NCBI GenBank assembly: GCA_017417215.1
Contig: JAFPZP010000107.1
Coordinates: 5,584 to 69,583 of the forward strand
From: Candidatus Rifleibacteriota bacterium
GTDB taxonomy: Bacteria > Muiribacteriota > Ozemobacteria > Ozemobacterales > Ozemobacteraceae
Reading direction: 5' to 3'
Length of the DNA stretch: 64,000 bases
The translations under genes and the position numbers were made by a program. The notes below the pieces were generated by a model, which did no database searches, was not told where the DNA came from, and worked only from the letters and a program-made list of their open reading frames with translations. Every line of letters starts with the position of its first letter. Position 1 is the stretch's first letter. This document shows positions 38,882 to 47,970 of the stretch, one piece after another.

Positions 38882-40090
38882 TTATCCTACAACTTTAACA
38901 ATGTCAAATAATGGTAAGTACATCGCCATAGCAATTATTACGATAAATATTGCTAAGAATACAACCAATGCAGGCTGTATTAGTGTTACAGCCGTTTCTA
39001 GAGCCATTTCCATGTCTCTTTCAAATATATTTCCTGCTTTTTCAAGCATATCGCCTATATTACCGCTTCGTTCCCCAACATCTGTCATTAATATGATACT
39101 TTCTGGAAACAATTTTCTATGTTTGCCTATTGATTGAGAAAGTGATTCGCCTCTACTAACAGCTTCTCTTATTTCAACCATTGCTTTTTTGTAAATAACA
39201 TTACTTAATGCTTTTTCAACTGCTTGAAGAGAAGTTAAAATAGGAACTCCACATCGAAGTAAAGTTCCAAGTATACGTGCAAAAAGAGCTATCTGCACTT
39301 GTTTTAGAACTTCACCCAATACTGGCATTTCAGTAAAGAATTCTGTGATTAGCTCGTTGCCTTTCGGAGTACTTCTTAATATTTTCCAGAGGGCAACAAG
39401 AAATACTATACCGGCTATAATAAAAGGATAATGGTTAGAAAGAAGATTAGACACGTAAAGCACAAGTTGAGTAACCGCAGGCAGTTGATTGCCTGTACGT
39501 TGAGTTCCTTCTATAAATACGGGAAAAACTTTTACTAATAAAACCCAGACGACTAACAAGGTACCTATTAAAAGAAAGCCTGGGTAAATCATTGCTTGGA
39601 AGATTTTTTTACGCAATTTATACATTGTGTCATAGATATATGAGTATCTTTCCAGGACTTCACCTAACATTCCGCCAACTTCACCGACTTCAACCATTGT
39701 TATGAACAATGAAGGGAAAACTTCTTTATGAGTTTTTAAGGCTTCTGAAAAGGATTTACCAGACTCAATCTTTTCTTTAACTTCTTTAAGCAATATTCTT
39801 AATGAAGCATTAGATACCTGTCTATAAAGAGCATTTAAACTCATTAAAAGAGGACATCCAGCTGTTATTAAATTAGAAAGCTGAATTAGAAAAAAATTCA
39901 TGTCTTTGTGAGGTATGCTTAAATATTTGTGGTTGTTTCCTACTATATTTTGAAGGGTTGCTTGAGCAATGCTGACAACAATGTAACCTCTATCAGAAAG
40001 CCATGTACCTACATCTTCGGTTTTTTCAGCTTCTAATTCACCGGTTACTTCATTGCCGTTAACATCTATGGCTTTATAAGAATACCTCAT
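38882..40090 (-). CDS. pilC: Type IV pilus/T2SS platform protein (PilC/GspF)
   Basis: YKA...G..+.G..EA, G.SFSEAL...FP, GE.GG.L, AMIYP, GERSG, YLPLF. Confidence 0.95.
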   Translation of the reverse strand: MRYSYKAIDVNGNEVTGELEAEKTEDVGTWLSDRGYIVVSIAQATLQNIVGNNHKYLSIPHKDMNFFLIQLSNLITAGCPLLMSLNALYRQVSNASLRILLKEVKEKIESGKSFSEALKTHKEVFPSLFITMVEVGEVGGMLGEVLERYSYIYDTMYKLRKKIFQAMIYPGFLLIGTLLVVWVLLVKVFPVFIEGTQRTGNQLPAVTQLVLYVSNLLSNHYPFIIAGIVFLVALWKILRSTPKGNELITEFFTEMPVLGEVLKQVQIALFARILGTLLRCGVPILTSLQAVEKALSNVIYKKAMVEIREAVSRGESLSQSIGKHRKLFPESIILMTDVGERSGNIGDMLEKAGNIFERDMEMALETAVTLIQPALVVFLAIFIVIIAMAMYLPLFDIVKVVG

Positions 40091-40105
40091 ATTTAATCAA
40101 CTACC

Positions 40106-41842
40106 TTAAGAAGTGACTCTTCTTATTTCTTCACCTCTAGTTAAGCGAAGAACTTCTTTTAGAGTAGTTACACCCTTTATTGCTTTTTGTAATCCATCAA
40201 CACGCATAGTTCTCATTCCAGATCTGATGGCTGCTTGTCTTATATCACGAGCTGAAGCGGAATCAAGAATTAATCCATGTATTTCGTCATTTATGGTCAT
40301 TATTTCATGTATTGCTGTTCGGCCTGCATAACCGGTTTTTCGGCAGGTTAAACAGCCTTTGCCTCTGTATAATTTGATATCTTTGAAGCCATTTTCTTCC
40401 AATATTTCGATATGTTCCTGGTCTTTGGGTTCATAAGAAATACGACAGGATGGACATATTTTTCTTACAAGACGCTGACCGCCAACTCCGATAACTGCAG
40501 AAGCTACAAGATATGGTTCAACACCCATTTCTATTAATCTTGTAACTGCTGAAGCTGCATCATTGGTGTGTAATGTTGAAAATACCAAATGACCGGTTAG
40601 AGCTGATTCAATAGCGATCTGAGCTGTTTCAAAGTCACGTATTTCCCCGATTAGAATAACGTTGGGGTCTTGACGAAGAATAGACCTTAGGGTACGAGCA
40701 AAGGTAAGTCCGATTTCTGATCTGACTTGAACTTGATTTATACTCGGAATTAAGTATTCAACAGGGTCTTCAACTGTTGTGATGTTAATTTCAGGACTTT
40801 TTACAAAATTTATAGCTGCGTAAAGAGTTGAAGTTTTCCCTGAACCTGTTGGACCAGTCATAAGAACTATTCCGTTAGGAGCAGATGATAAGGTTTTAAA
40901 TAATTTAAGCAAGTCTTCGTCGAAGCCAACCTGATCTAATGTTAGTGATAAACGGCTTTTATCTAATATACGTATAACTATTTTTTCACCAAAAACTGTT
41001 GGCAACGAAGAAACACGTAAGTCAATGCTTTTGTTCTGAACTTTAACTTTTATACGACCATCTTGTGGCAGACGTTTTTCTGAAATATCCATCTGGGCCA
41101 TAATTTTAAGACGAGAAATGAGTTCGCTTTGGATGGTTTTCGGGGCTTTCATTAATTCGTTTAGAATACCATCTATTCTATAACGTACTCTGACAACTTC
41201 TTCGTCTGGTTCTATATGAATATCACTTGCTTTATCGTTGATTGCCTGCTGAATGATAGTGTTAACCAGATTAATGATTGGAACATTCTGTTCTTCTTCA
41301 TTAAGGTCGAAAGTGGTGAAAAAGCTTTCGTCTAAGGTCACTTCTGTTTTTCTTTCTGCAGCAAGATTATCAACTGCATTTTGCAAACTTTCACTATTCC
41401 CATAATAGTGCTTTATAGCAGCTTCTATTTGAGATTCTGGGCTGATGCCTATTTCGAGTTCATAACCTGTTTGAAAAGTTATTTCATCTATGATGAAAAC
41501 GTCTAAGGGGTCAGCCATTGTTATTTGTAATCTATTGCCTTCAAGTTTTACCGGCAAGAGGTTATGGCTTCTGACAATACCGTCTGGAATAGTGGTTAAG
41601 ACTTCTGGAGTAATGGCTATTTCATTAAGATTCAGATATGGAATATTCATTTGGGTAGCAAGTGTAGTAGCAATACTGTCTTCTGTTGTTAAACCAGTAT
41701 CTACTAAAACTTTACCCAATCTTTTTCCAAGAATCTTTTGCTTAGAAAGTGCTTCTTGAAGTTGCTGAGCAGATATTACTCCGGCCTCTACTAAAATATC
41801 GCCAAGTCTTTTTCTTTGTGGCTTCCCTGCTTCTGAAACCAT
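40106..41842 (-). CDS. pilB: Pilus assembly ATPase (PilB/GspE) with MshEN-like N-terminus
   Basis: RLGDILVEAG...RLGKVLV, ASDIHIEP, RLPQDGR, GPTGSGKT, EDPVE, LRQDP, STLHTN, Cys4 motif. Confidence 0.96.
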   Translation of the reverse strand: MVSEAGKPQRKRLGDILVEAGVISAQQLQEALSKQKILGKRLGKVLVDTGLTTEDSIATTLATQMNIPYLNLNEIAITPEVLTTIPDGIVRSHNLLPVKLEGNRLQITMADPLDVFIIDEITFQTGYELEIGISPESQIEAAIKHYYGNSESLQNAVDNLAAERKTEVTLDESFFTTFDLNEEEQNVPIINLVNTIIQQAINDKASDIHIEPDEEVVRVRYRIDGILNELMKAPKTIQSELISRLKIMAQMDISEKRLPQDGRIKVKVQNKSIDLRVSSLPTVFGEKIVIRILDKSRLSLTLDQVGFDEDLLKLFKTLSSAPNGIVLMTGPTGSGKTSTLYAAINFVKSPEINITTVEDPVEYLIPSINQVQVRSEIGLTFARTLRSILRQDPNVILIGEIRDFETAQIAIESALTGHLVFSTLHTNDAASAVTRLIEMGVEPYLVASAVIGVGGQRLVRKICPSCRISYEPKDQEHIEILEENGFKDIKLYRGKGCLTCRKTGYAGRTAIHEIMTINDEIHGLILDSASARDIRQAAIRSGMRTMRVDGLQKAIKGVTTLKEVLRLTRGEEIRRVTS

Positions 41843-41853
41843 TAGTTAATCCT

Positions 41854-42606
41854 TTATCTTTTCCAAAAGCTTTTTCTAGCGATTTCATAGCTAGGATTAA
41901 TTTCAAGTGCACGCCTGAAAGCCATCATAGCTTCGTTTCGTAAACCTTTAGCTTCTAGGGCTTGTCCTAGTTTGTAATAACCATCTGCAAAACCAGGATA
42001 TTTTTGGATGTGTTGACGTAATTGTCTTATCAGTTCGTCAACCAGATCGTTGTTGTCTAATAAGACTGCTGTTTCATAACAATAGTCTTCTGTGTCTCGT
42101 TCTTGATATTCAGAGAAGAATAGGGCAATAACTTTTTTATATTCGGTTAAAGCTTCGTCTTTTCTGTTTAATGTTTCTAGAATCTGAGCTTTTTCGTTTA
42201 TAGCTTCTCTATATTTGGGGTTAATTTTTAATGCTTCATTGAGTTGAACTAATGCTTCTTCTGTTTTGCCGAAACTTCTATAGGATAGTGCTAGATGAAA
42301 ATGGGCATCAGGCCACTTGCTTTTGGCTAAAACTTCTTTAAAAGCTTTACTGGCTTCTTCATATTGCCCTGCATTCAATAAGGCTTTTCCTAGATTGTTC
42401 CAATATTCGCTAGACGGAGCTATTTCTATACATTTGCGGTATTCTATTATTGCTTCTTCTATCTTGCCAATTCTAAATAGACTGTTGGCAAGACTACATC
42501 TGAGCATGTGATTGTCTGGTTCAGCTTCAAGTTTTCTTTTGTTTTCCTGTATGGCTTCTTCAAGTAAACCTTCGCTATAGTAAGATTTAGAATAGTTATC
42601 AGTCAT
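41854..42606 (-). CDS. Cytoplasmic TPR protein
   Basis: Consecutive canonical TPRs (ALKINPKY, ALEINPSY); 11 bp upstream of pilB. Confidence 0.88.
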   Translation of the reverse strand: MTDNYSKSYYSEGLLEEAIQENKRKLEAEPDNHMLRCSLANSLFRIGKIEEAIIEYRKCIEIAPSSEYWNNLGKALLNAGQYEEASKAFKEVLAKSKWPDAHFHLALSYRSFGKTEEALVQLNEALKINPKYREAINEKAQILETLNRKDEALTEYKKVIALFFSEYQERDTEDYCYETAVLLDNNDLVDELIRQLRQHIQKYPGFADGYYKLGQALEAKGLRNEAMMAFRRALEINPSYEIARKSFWKR

Positions 42607-42617
42607 TTAATCACCAT

Positions 42618-43328
42618 TTATTCTTTTTTTTCTGTTGTGGGCTTTAAATTGAGAAGCAGTTCTTTTTTCTTGGAACCCTCGTCTTCTGATTCCATTTTTA
42701 CTTCACCTAGTTTTACAGAAGTAGGGCTACCGGGAACTGTTAAAGGAGCAGGACCTTGAATTTCTTCTGGACCTTTGTTCTTTAATTCTTCCTTTTTTGC
42801 TAGCTCTTCAGCCATTGCCTTAGCTTCAGCTGTTTTTGGGTTTTCCCAGTTGCGATATTCTTCTTCTGCTCCAGAAGGGGAATAATATTGAAGGAACTTA
42901 ACTACGTCAGCAGAATCGTTCATCAATTCATGGAAAGTTTTTGGAGGAACAAATGCTGTACTGTCTTTAGATAGAATTTTGGTTTCTGTGCCTATTCTGA
43001 CAGTAAGATTACCTTCAAGAACATAAATTATTTCGGTAACATAAACATGTCTATGACTTTCTACATGAGCACCTGGCAGATAAGTCAAATGGGTCATCGC
43101 GGCAATAGAAGGACCAACTATATTTGTGTCTACTAATATTTTTGCCCCGATGCGCTTATCTGGCGAAGTATTATATGCTGCATCGTCGAAAGATATAAAG
43201 TTACGTGACTTTGTCTGTTCTGTGTTTTTGTTAGATTCTTTATTGTTCCCTTTTGCAAATATTGGTGAAGACAGTAACAAAGTCGCTGCCAAAACTAGAC
43301 TGATTTTTTTTATAAATGTACTTTTCAT
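42618..43328 (-). CDS. Exported cupin-domain protein
   Basis: Probable start ATG 43328 (MKSTFIKK, signal peptide PIFA); PGAHVESHRH...EIIYVLEG...FVPPKTFHELMN cupin motifs. Confidence 0.85.
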   Translation of the reverse strand: MKSTFIKKISLVLAATLLLSSPIFAKGNNKESNKNTEQTKSRNFISFDDAAYNTSPDKRIGAKILVDTNIVGPSIAAMTHLTYLPGAHVESHRHVYVTEIIYVLEGNLTVRIGTETKILSKDSTAFVPPKTFHELMNDSADVVKFLQYYSPSGAEEEYRNWENPKTAEAKAMAEELAKKEELKNKGPEEIQGPAPLTVPGSPTSVKLGEVKMESEDEGSKKKELLLNLKPTTEKKE

Positions 43329-43335
43329 AAAGTGA

Positions 43336-43364
43336 ATTTTAGCTTTATTACTTGCTGTTGTCAA
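43336..43364 (-). promoter_or_regulatory. Sigma70 promoter of the cupin-TPR-pilB operon, likely leaderless
   Basis: TTGACA-17-TAAAAT, ending 7 nt before ATG 43328. Confidence 0.7.
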
Positions 43365-43426
43365 GAAAATAGAAATTTTAGAGTTAATATAAGTTATAAA
43401 TTAAAGAAACTTAAGAATGTAAATTA

Positions 43427-43455
43427 TTGACTAATTATTTTTTATCGAATAGAAT
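43427..43455 (+). promoter_or_regulatory. Divergent sigma70 promoter
   Basis: TTGACT-17-TAGAAT upstream of the lipoprotein and giant-pilin cassette. Confidence 0.55.
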
Positions 43456-43485
43456 AATAATAAGCATTTGAATCATTGGTTTATT

Positions 43486-44073
43486 ATGACAAATAAAAAG
43501 GTTCGATTATTTCCTTTTGTGTACTGGTTTTTTGTTTTCTTGGCAGTATTTAATCTGTCAGGATGTTGTAAATATAAAAAGTATTCAAAAAAAACTACAA
43601 AAAGGAATTTTTCTGAGTCTTTGAATAAGAACCAAAGAGGCAATGCTGTAAATTCAAATTCTACTTCTTCTTCGAGTGGATTTGAAGGCATAGATGTAAC
43701 TCTTGATGGAGAGCTCCCGTTAAGAACTCAAGATGAGCAGACAAACGAGCTTTACGAAAAGTTAAATTATGCAAATAAGATGTATAAGAATAGTAACTAC
43801 GATGGTGCTTTAAGGGAGATAAGCCGTATACAGCAAAATATAAAAGATGACCCTTATCTTCAATTGCAGACTTGGGCATTAGCCGCTATGGTTTATGATA
43901 AAACAGGTAAAACTAGTCGTAGGAAAAGAGCTTATACCAAAATGCTTGAAGTAATGGAAGAAGTTAAAAAAGATTCTCGTTACAAAAAAGCATATGAAGA
44001 TGGAATGTTATGCCAGGATTTGATAGCTTCAGTAACCAAGAAGGGAGATAAGAAATATGGCGTATATGAATAA
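43486..44073 (+). CDS. Lipoprotein with TPR-like helices
   Basis: Probable start ATG 43486; lipobox LSGC; overlaps the next gene. Confidence 0.72.
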   Translation: MTNKKVRLFPFVYWFFVFLAVFNLSGCCKYKKYSKKTTKRNFSESLNKNQRGNAVNSNSTSSSSGFEGIDVTLDGELPLRTQDEQTNELYEKLNYANKMYKNSNYDGALREISRIQQNIKDDPYLQLQTWALAAMVYDKTGKTSRRKRAYTKMLEVMEEVKKDSRYKKAYEDGMLCQDLIASVTKKGDKKYGVYE

Positions 44074-46708
44074 GCGTGGTTCTCTTTTCCTTATCACTCT
44101 TACTCTTTTAACAATAGTGTTTATACTTGGTTTTGCTTTCACTTTCTTTACAGGTTCTGAAGACTATTCTTCCTCAATGTCATATGAAACAGAAGTAGCT
44201 TTTAATTTGGCTGAATCTGCGCTTGAAGAATTTGTTGCCAGATTGAAGAATGCTTTAAATGATGAAAGTAAAAATAATCAGCTTTATTATGTTCTTCGTT
44301 CTGACAATGTAGATATTTCTAAGCCAATTCCTCTTGATGCTGCTCAGGTAGCTAATTTAACTGCATATACTCGTGATTTGGCTCGACAATATTATGGAAT
44401 AGAGTTTTCCAGAGGTCTTTCTGAATCTAGAGATTTTGTAGTTACTGCGGTTATGCAACTCCAATATATAAATCCTGTTGAAGCAACTAGTGGTGATACT
44501 GTTCTATATAAAATCAGACAGGATAAAATGGAAAAACAAGCTGAATTTACAGTAACGGCAGATGTTAATTATAAGGGGCATGAAGCTAAGATTTCCCTGA
44601 CTTTTTTAGTCCGTTGTGTAAAAACTTTTGTTCCTCCTTTCAATTATTTTACTCTATTTGTTAGAGATGCTTCCGTACCTGGTGGTTCAAATTTTAATAC
44701 TTGGACTTCTTCTTGTGGTAAATATGCTACATCACCACTAAGACTAGACCATGGATGGGGTGTTCTGAAAAAAGACTGGAATCCGGTTTCTTTAAGTGGT
44801 GCTGCAGAGTGGGAAAAAGCTCTTGGAGAAATTGGTAATAGTGCTCCTACACCTCCTGGTCGACTTTTCTTAGGACAAGACTTGGAAACTCTTTATCAAG
44901 TCGGTCCAGCAATGGTTATAAGAGGTGCTAATGGTTTTAAACTCTTGGCAGATTCAAGATTATCACCAGATCCAAATTCTAATTTTGCTACTCAGTTGAA
45001 CTGTAGAGAAAATGCTTTCCTTAGATTAGATGTTCCTTGGACAGATATAAATACCTATGTTGATAAATGGGTTGTTTATCAAGGTCAGGTTGATAAAGAA
45101 AAAGAAGCTTCAGGAAAGAGTGTTTGGCATCCAAGTACATGGTTTGGTAAAAAATATAAAGGTCCAGAAGTTGACCTTCGTGTATTAAATATTGGCTCTG
45201 GCTTAGAAATAAATAACGGAACAGACGATGCCCCCTCTTATATCAATTGTTTTAAAAGTTTTGATACCTATACAAAACGTGTAAAAATGCAAAATTCTAC
45301 TGACGATGATACAAAACTAATGTATGATCGTTTATTGCCAGACTTAAGTGTAAGTGGTTTTGAACCTTTTGGTGCTATTCAACCAGCACAATATGCAACA
45401 ATTGCTCCTTTAGGCAAAGTTAGTTTTTCTAATTTTTCTCCGACTATTGTTTATGGTCCGGCGATGAGACAGTATTTCAGAGCTGTTCAATTTAGAAGGA
45501 AAAATGACAAAAATCAAGATAATTGGTTTGAATTTCCTTTTGTTGCTAGTGAAACTTTCAAGGCTTTAAATATAAAAGAAAGTCATTATATGAATGCGAC
45601 AGAAGCCCGCTTCTTATTTATGAATGCTGGTGTTCCAGAACAACATGTTGATAAGCTCATTGAAAATTGGGACCAAATGCCAGAACCTTTGCATTCATGG
45701 CAGAAGTATAGCAAGTTTATGAGTGATTCAGGTAGTGAATTCTTTAACAGAAGTCTTATTAATATACTTACTAGAATAAGATATAAAAATACTGTTGAAG
45801 AATATGCTAGCGATTTGCCTCTTTATAAATACTCTCAAGGCTATATGGAAAACGATCAATACCCCAATATGCCTTCTAGCATCCAGACTGCTGTAACAAA
45901 CAGCCCAATGCGTGAATATTATGAAGGTTTGTTAGCTTATGCTTTGCCAGACAGATATAGCACATATCTGTTAGATTTTTATTTTATTCCAAGAGCTACG
46001 GAAGACTTTTTCAGAGGAAGAACAACCGCTCCTATCGGTGGTGTTACTTATGATAGATTTGAATATAAGTATATAGATAATGTTCAAGATTATAGATCGG
46101 GAGCAAATTTCCAAAAGTTGGAATTAAATGGTATCGTTGCTCTTAATGACGCAGAAACTTTAGGATTGCATAATAATCTAATATATAAAGGAAACGGCAT
46201 TATTTATTCCAGTCCTATGATGGGTGGGGGTAAAATAGTTATTGATGGTAACTTACTTGCAGAAGACACTTTCAATAATACAAAAGAAGGTAAAGATAGT
46301 GAGCTTTATGACTATTTACCAAGCTCTGTAGGTGAAAACTTACTAACTATTATTGCTCCTCAGATTTTTATTAAGACAGACAATGCACCTGGCGACAGAT
46401 GTTTTATTGAAGCAAATCTGTTCTCTTTATCTGATGGTATTATAGCAACAGGAAGTAAACCTCTTACTATAAAAGGAACAGTTGTTACTCCTTTCTTAGA
46501 TTTAGGAAGATTACCACAATTAAGTAGATATTATTATAAGGGAGCAAATAAAGAAAGACCCGAATATTTACAAGAAAATGTTATTATCTATAATCCTCTA
46601 AATAGTATTTGGCGTGATAAAAACCATAGAAACAGATTAAATAGTCTCTATGTTGCCAAAATTGTTACTGGTGGTATTGGCAAGTTCGAATGGAAATACA
46701 TAAAATGA
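44057..46708 (+). CDS. Giant PilX/GspK-like pilin (883 aa)
   Basis: KRG|SLFLI leader, TM, AFNLAESALEE PilX motif; collinear motifs shared with 21669..24230. Confidence 0.7.
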   Translation: MAYMNKRGSLFLITLTLLTIVFILGFAFTFFTGSEDYSSSMSYETEVAFNLAESALEEFVARLKNALNDESKNNQLYYVLRSDNVDISKPIPLDAAQVANLTAYTRDLARQYYGIEFSRGLSESRDFVVTAVMQLQYINPVEATSGDTVLYKIRQDKMEKQAEFTVTADVNYKGHEAKISLTFLVRCVKTFVPPFNYFTLFVRDASVPGGSNFNTWTSSCGKYATSPLRLDHGWGVLKKDWNPVSLSGAAEWEKALGEIGNSAPTPPGRLFLGQDLETLYQVGPAMVIRGANGFKLLADSRLSPDPNSNFATQLNCRENAFLRLDVPWTDINTYVDKWVVYQGQVDKEKEASGKSVWHPSTWFGKKYKGPEVDLRVLNIGSGLEINNGTDDAPSYINCFKSFDTYTKRVKMQNSTDDDTKLMYDRLLPDLSVSGFEPFGAIQPAQYATIAPLGKVSFSNFSPTIVYGPAMRQYFRAVQFRRKNDKNQDNWFEFPFVASETFKALNIKESHYMNATEARFLFMNAGVPEQHVDKLIENWDQMPEPLHSWQKYSKFMSDSGSEFFNRSLINILTRIRYKNTVEEYASDLPLYKYSQGYMENDQYPNMPSSIQTAVTNSPMREYYEGLLAYALPDRYSTYLLDFYFIPRATEDFFRGRTTAPIGGVTYDRFEYKYIDNVQDYRSGANFQKLELNGIVALNDAETLGLHNNLIYKGNGIIYSSPMMGGGKIVIDGNLLAEDTFNNTKEGKDSELYDYLPSSVGENLLTIIAPQIFIKTDNAPGDRCFIEANLFSLSDGIIATGSKPLTIKGTVVTPFLDLGRLPQLSRYYYKGANKERPEYLQENVIIYNPLNSIWRDKNHRNRLNSLYVAKIVTGGIGKFEWKYIK

Positions 46709-47148
46709 TAAAGAATAAAACTAAAGCTTTTACTTTGATTGAAATCTTAGTTGTATTAGTTTTGATTTCTTGTGGTTTATTGCCAATATATTCTTTAATG
46801 CGTCATGGTCAACAGCGTATTACTAGAACAGACTCGAAGACACTGGCTACTCTTTTTGGTGCTTCTGCCTTAGATTTAGCCAGAACAATAGGTTTTGATA
46901 GAGCTCAAAAGATTAATAAAGATGATGACTTCTTAGAACTTCAGTATATGGCTGATAAAAATGGCTATGAATTAGTTGCTGAACCCGCTTTATTTAATGT
47001 AAAGCCTTTGCCAGAAAAAGCAAAACCAATGGAGTTATTAAGAGTAATAGTAAAAATAAAGGCTAAACGAAAAACTGAATCAGAGAAAGAAGCACCAGAG
47101 TTAGTATTTTTTACTTTATTAAGTGATCCCAGACATAACTTCTATTGA
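46690..47148 (+). CDS. Prepilin (PilV-like)
   Basis: KTKA|FTLIEILVV; ATLFGASALD; true start may be the second Met (46705). Confidence 0.82.
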   Translation: MEIHKMIKNKTKAFTLIEILVVLVLISCGLLPIYSLMRHGQQRITRTDSKTLATLFGASALDLARTIGFDRAQKINKDDDFLELQYMADKNGYELVAEPALFNVKPLPEKAKPMELLRVIVKIKAKRKTESEKEAPELVFFTLLSDPRHNFY

Positions 47149-47157
47149 TGAGTAATT

Positions 47158-47781
47158 ATGAAAATAAAAAATAACAAGAAAAAAGCTATGACTATGGTAG
47201 AAATAATTTTTACTATGGTTATATTTGTACTGCTTTCAGGCTCTATCTATCAGATTTTTAGAGCTGTTAACATGACGTTTAAGCATTCTCAAGATAAGTT
47301 GGATATATTGCAGACGACACGTATTATTATGGCAAGTTTAAGAAACGACCTTCGAAATGCAATAAAAAAGCCTGAAGTATTTAATGGTAAACTTAATGTA
47401 ACTGTTGCTCCAAACCAAACTGTTTTATACTATTTTGATGAAACAAACCGCAGATTATACAAAGGTTATAAAGAAGGTGAAACCGCTCCTGATCCCGATA
47501 TTTCGGAAATGAGACCTTTTATGTTCAATGACGGTCAGATTTTAGCTTTCGATTATGCTTTGAGTTATCATACTAATTATGCTGCATCTGAACTTAAATT
47601 AAATTCCAGAGTTTGGTGTAAGGTTATTATGAAAGTTTTGTATACAGAAAAATTTGATAAACTTTCAGAACAAGAAAAAGCATCAATAATGGAAAATATG
47701 GATGAAGATGAGAGAGTAAAAACCTTTTTTATGGTTATAACTCCTAGAAAAGTTAATTGGTTGTTGCAAGCTACAGATTAA
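47158..47781 (+). CDS. Prepilin (PilW-like)
   Basis: KKKA|MTMVEIIF; LRNDLRNA; YYFD...RLY. Confidence 0.82.
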   Translation: MKIKNNKKKAMTMVEIIFTMVIFVLLSGSIYQIFRAVNMTFKHSQDKLDILQTTRIIMASLRNDLRNAIKKPEVFNGKLNVTVAPNQTVLYYFDETNRRLYKGYKEGETAPDPDISEMRPFMFNDGQILAFDYALSYHTNYAASELKLNSRVWCKVIMKVLYTEKFDKLSEQEKASIMENMDEDERVKTFFMVITPRKVNWLLQATD

Positions 47782-47867
47782 GTAAATAATATAATCAAGA
47801 CAAATGTGTGGGCAATTAGCACAATCTAATTTTGACTTGAAAATAAGTTTATTCTAATTATTTAAAA

Positions 47868-47970
47868 TCCCCCTTACCGACTGCCTTTGGCAGTCAGCCC
47901 CTTCAGTCTCGCTTTCGCTCGCCAGCTTCCCCACCGTTCGTGAGGCAGCATCGCCTTTACGAAAGGGGGA
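47868..47970. repeat. GC-rich nested-palindrome REP-like element
   Basis: Outer inverted repeat TCCCCCTT...AAGGGGGA; inner hairpin GACTGCC-TTT-GGCAGTC; CCCTTCAGTC...CAGCTTCCCC unit; sharply GC-rich against its AT-rich flanks. Confidence 0.65.

Noticed and set aside
24188-43485. Longest-ORF starts at 24188, 24735, 25459, 38880, 43364 and 43468
   Set aside because: Downstream ATGs fit SD sites, translational coupling, promoters or signal-peptide position better.
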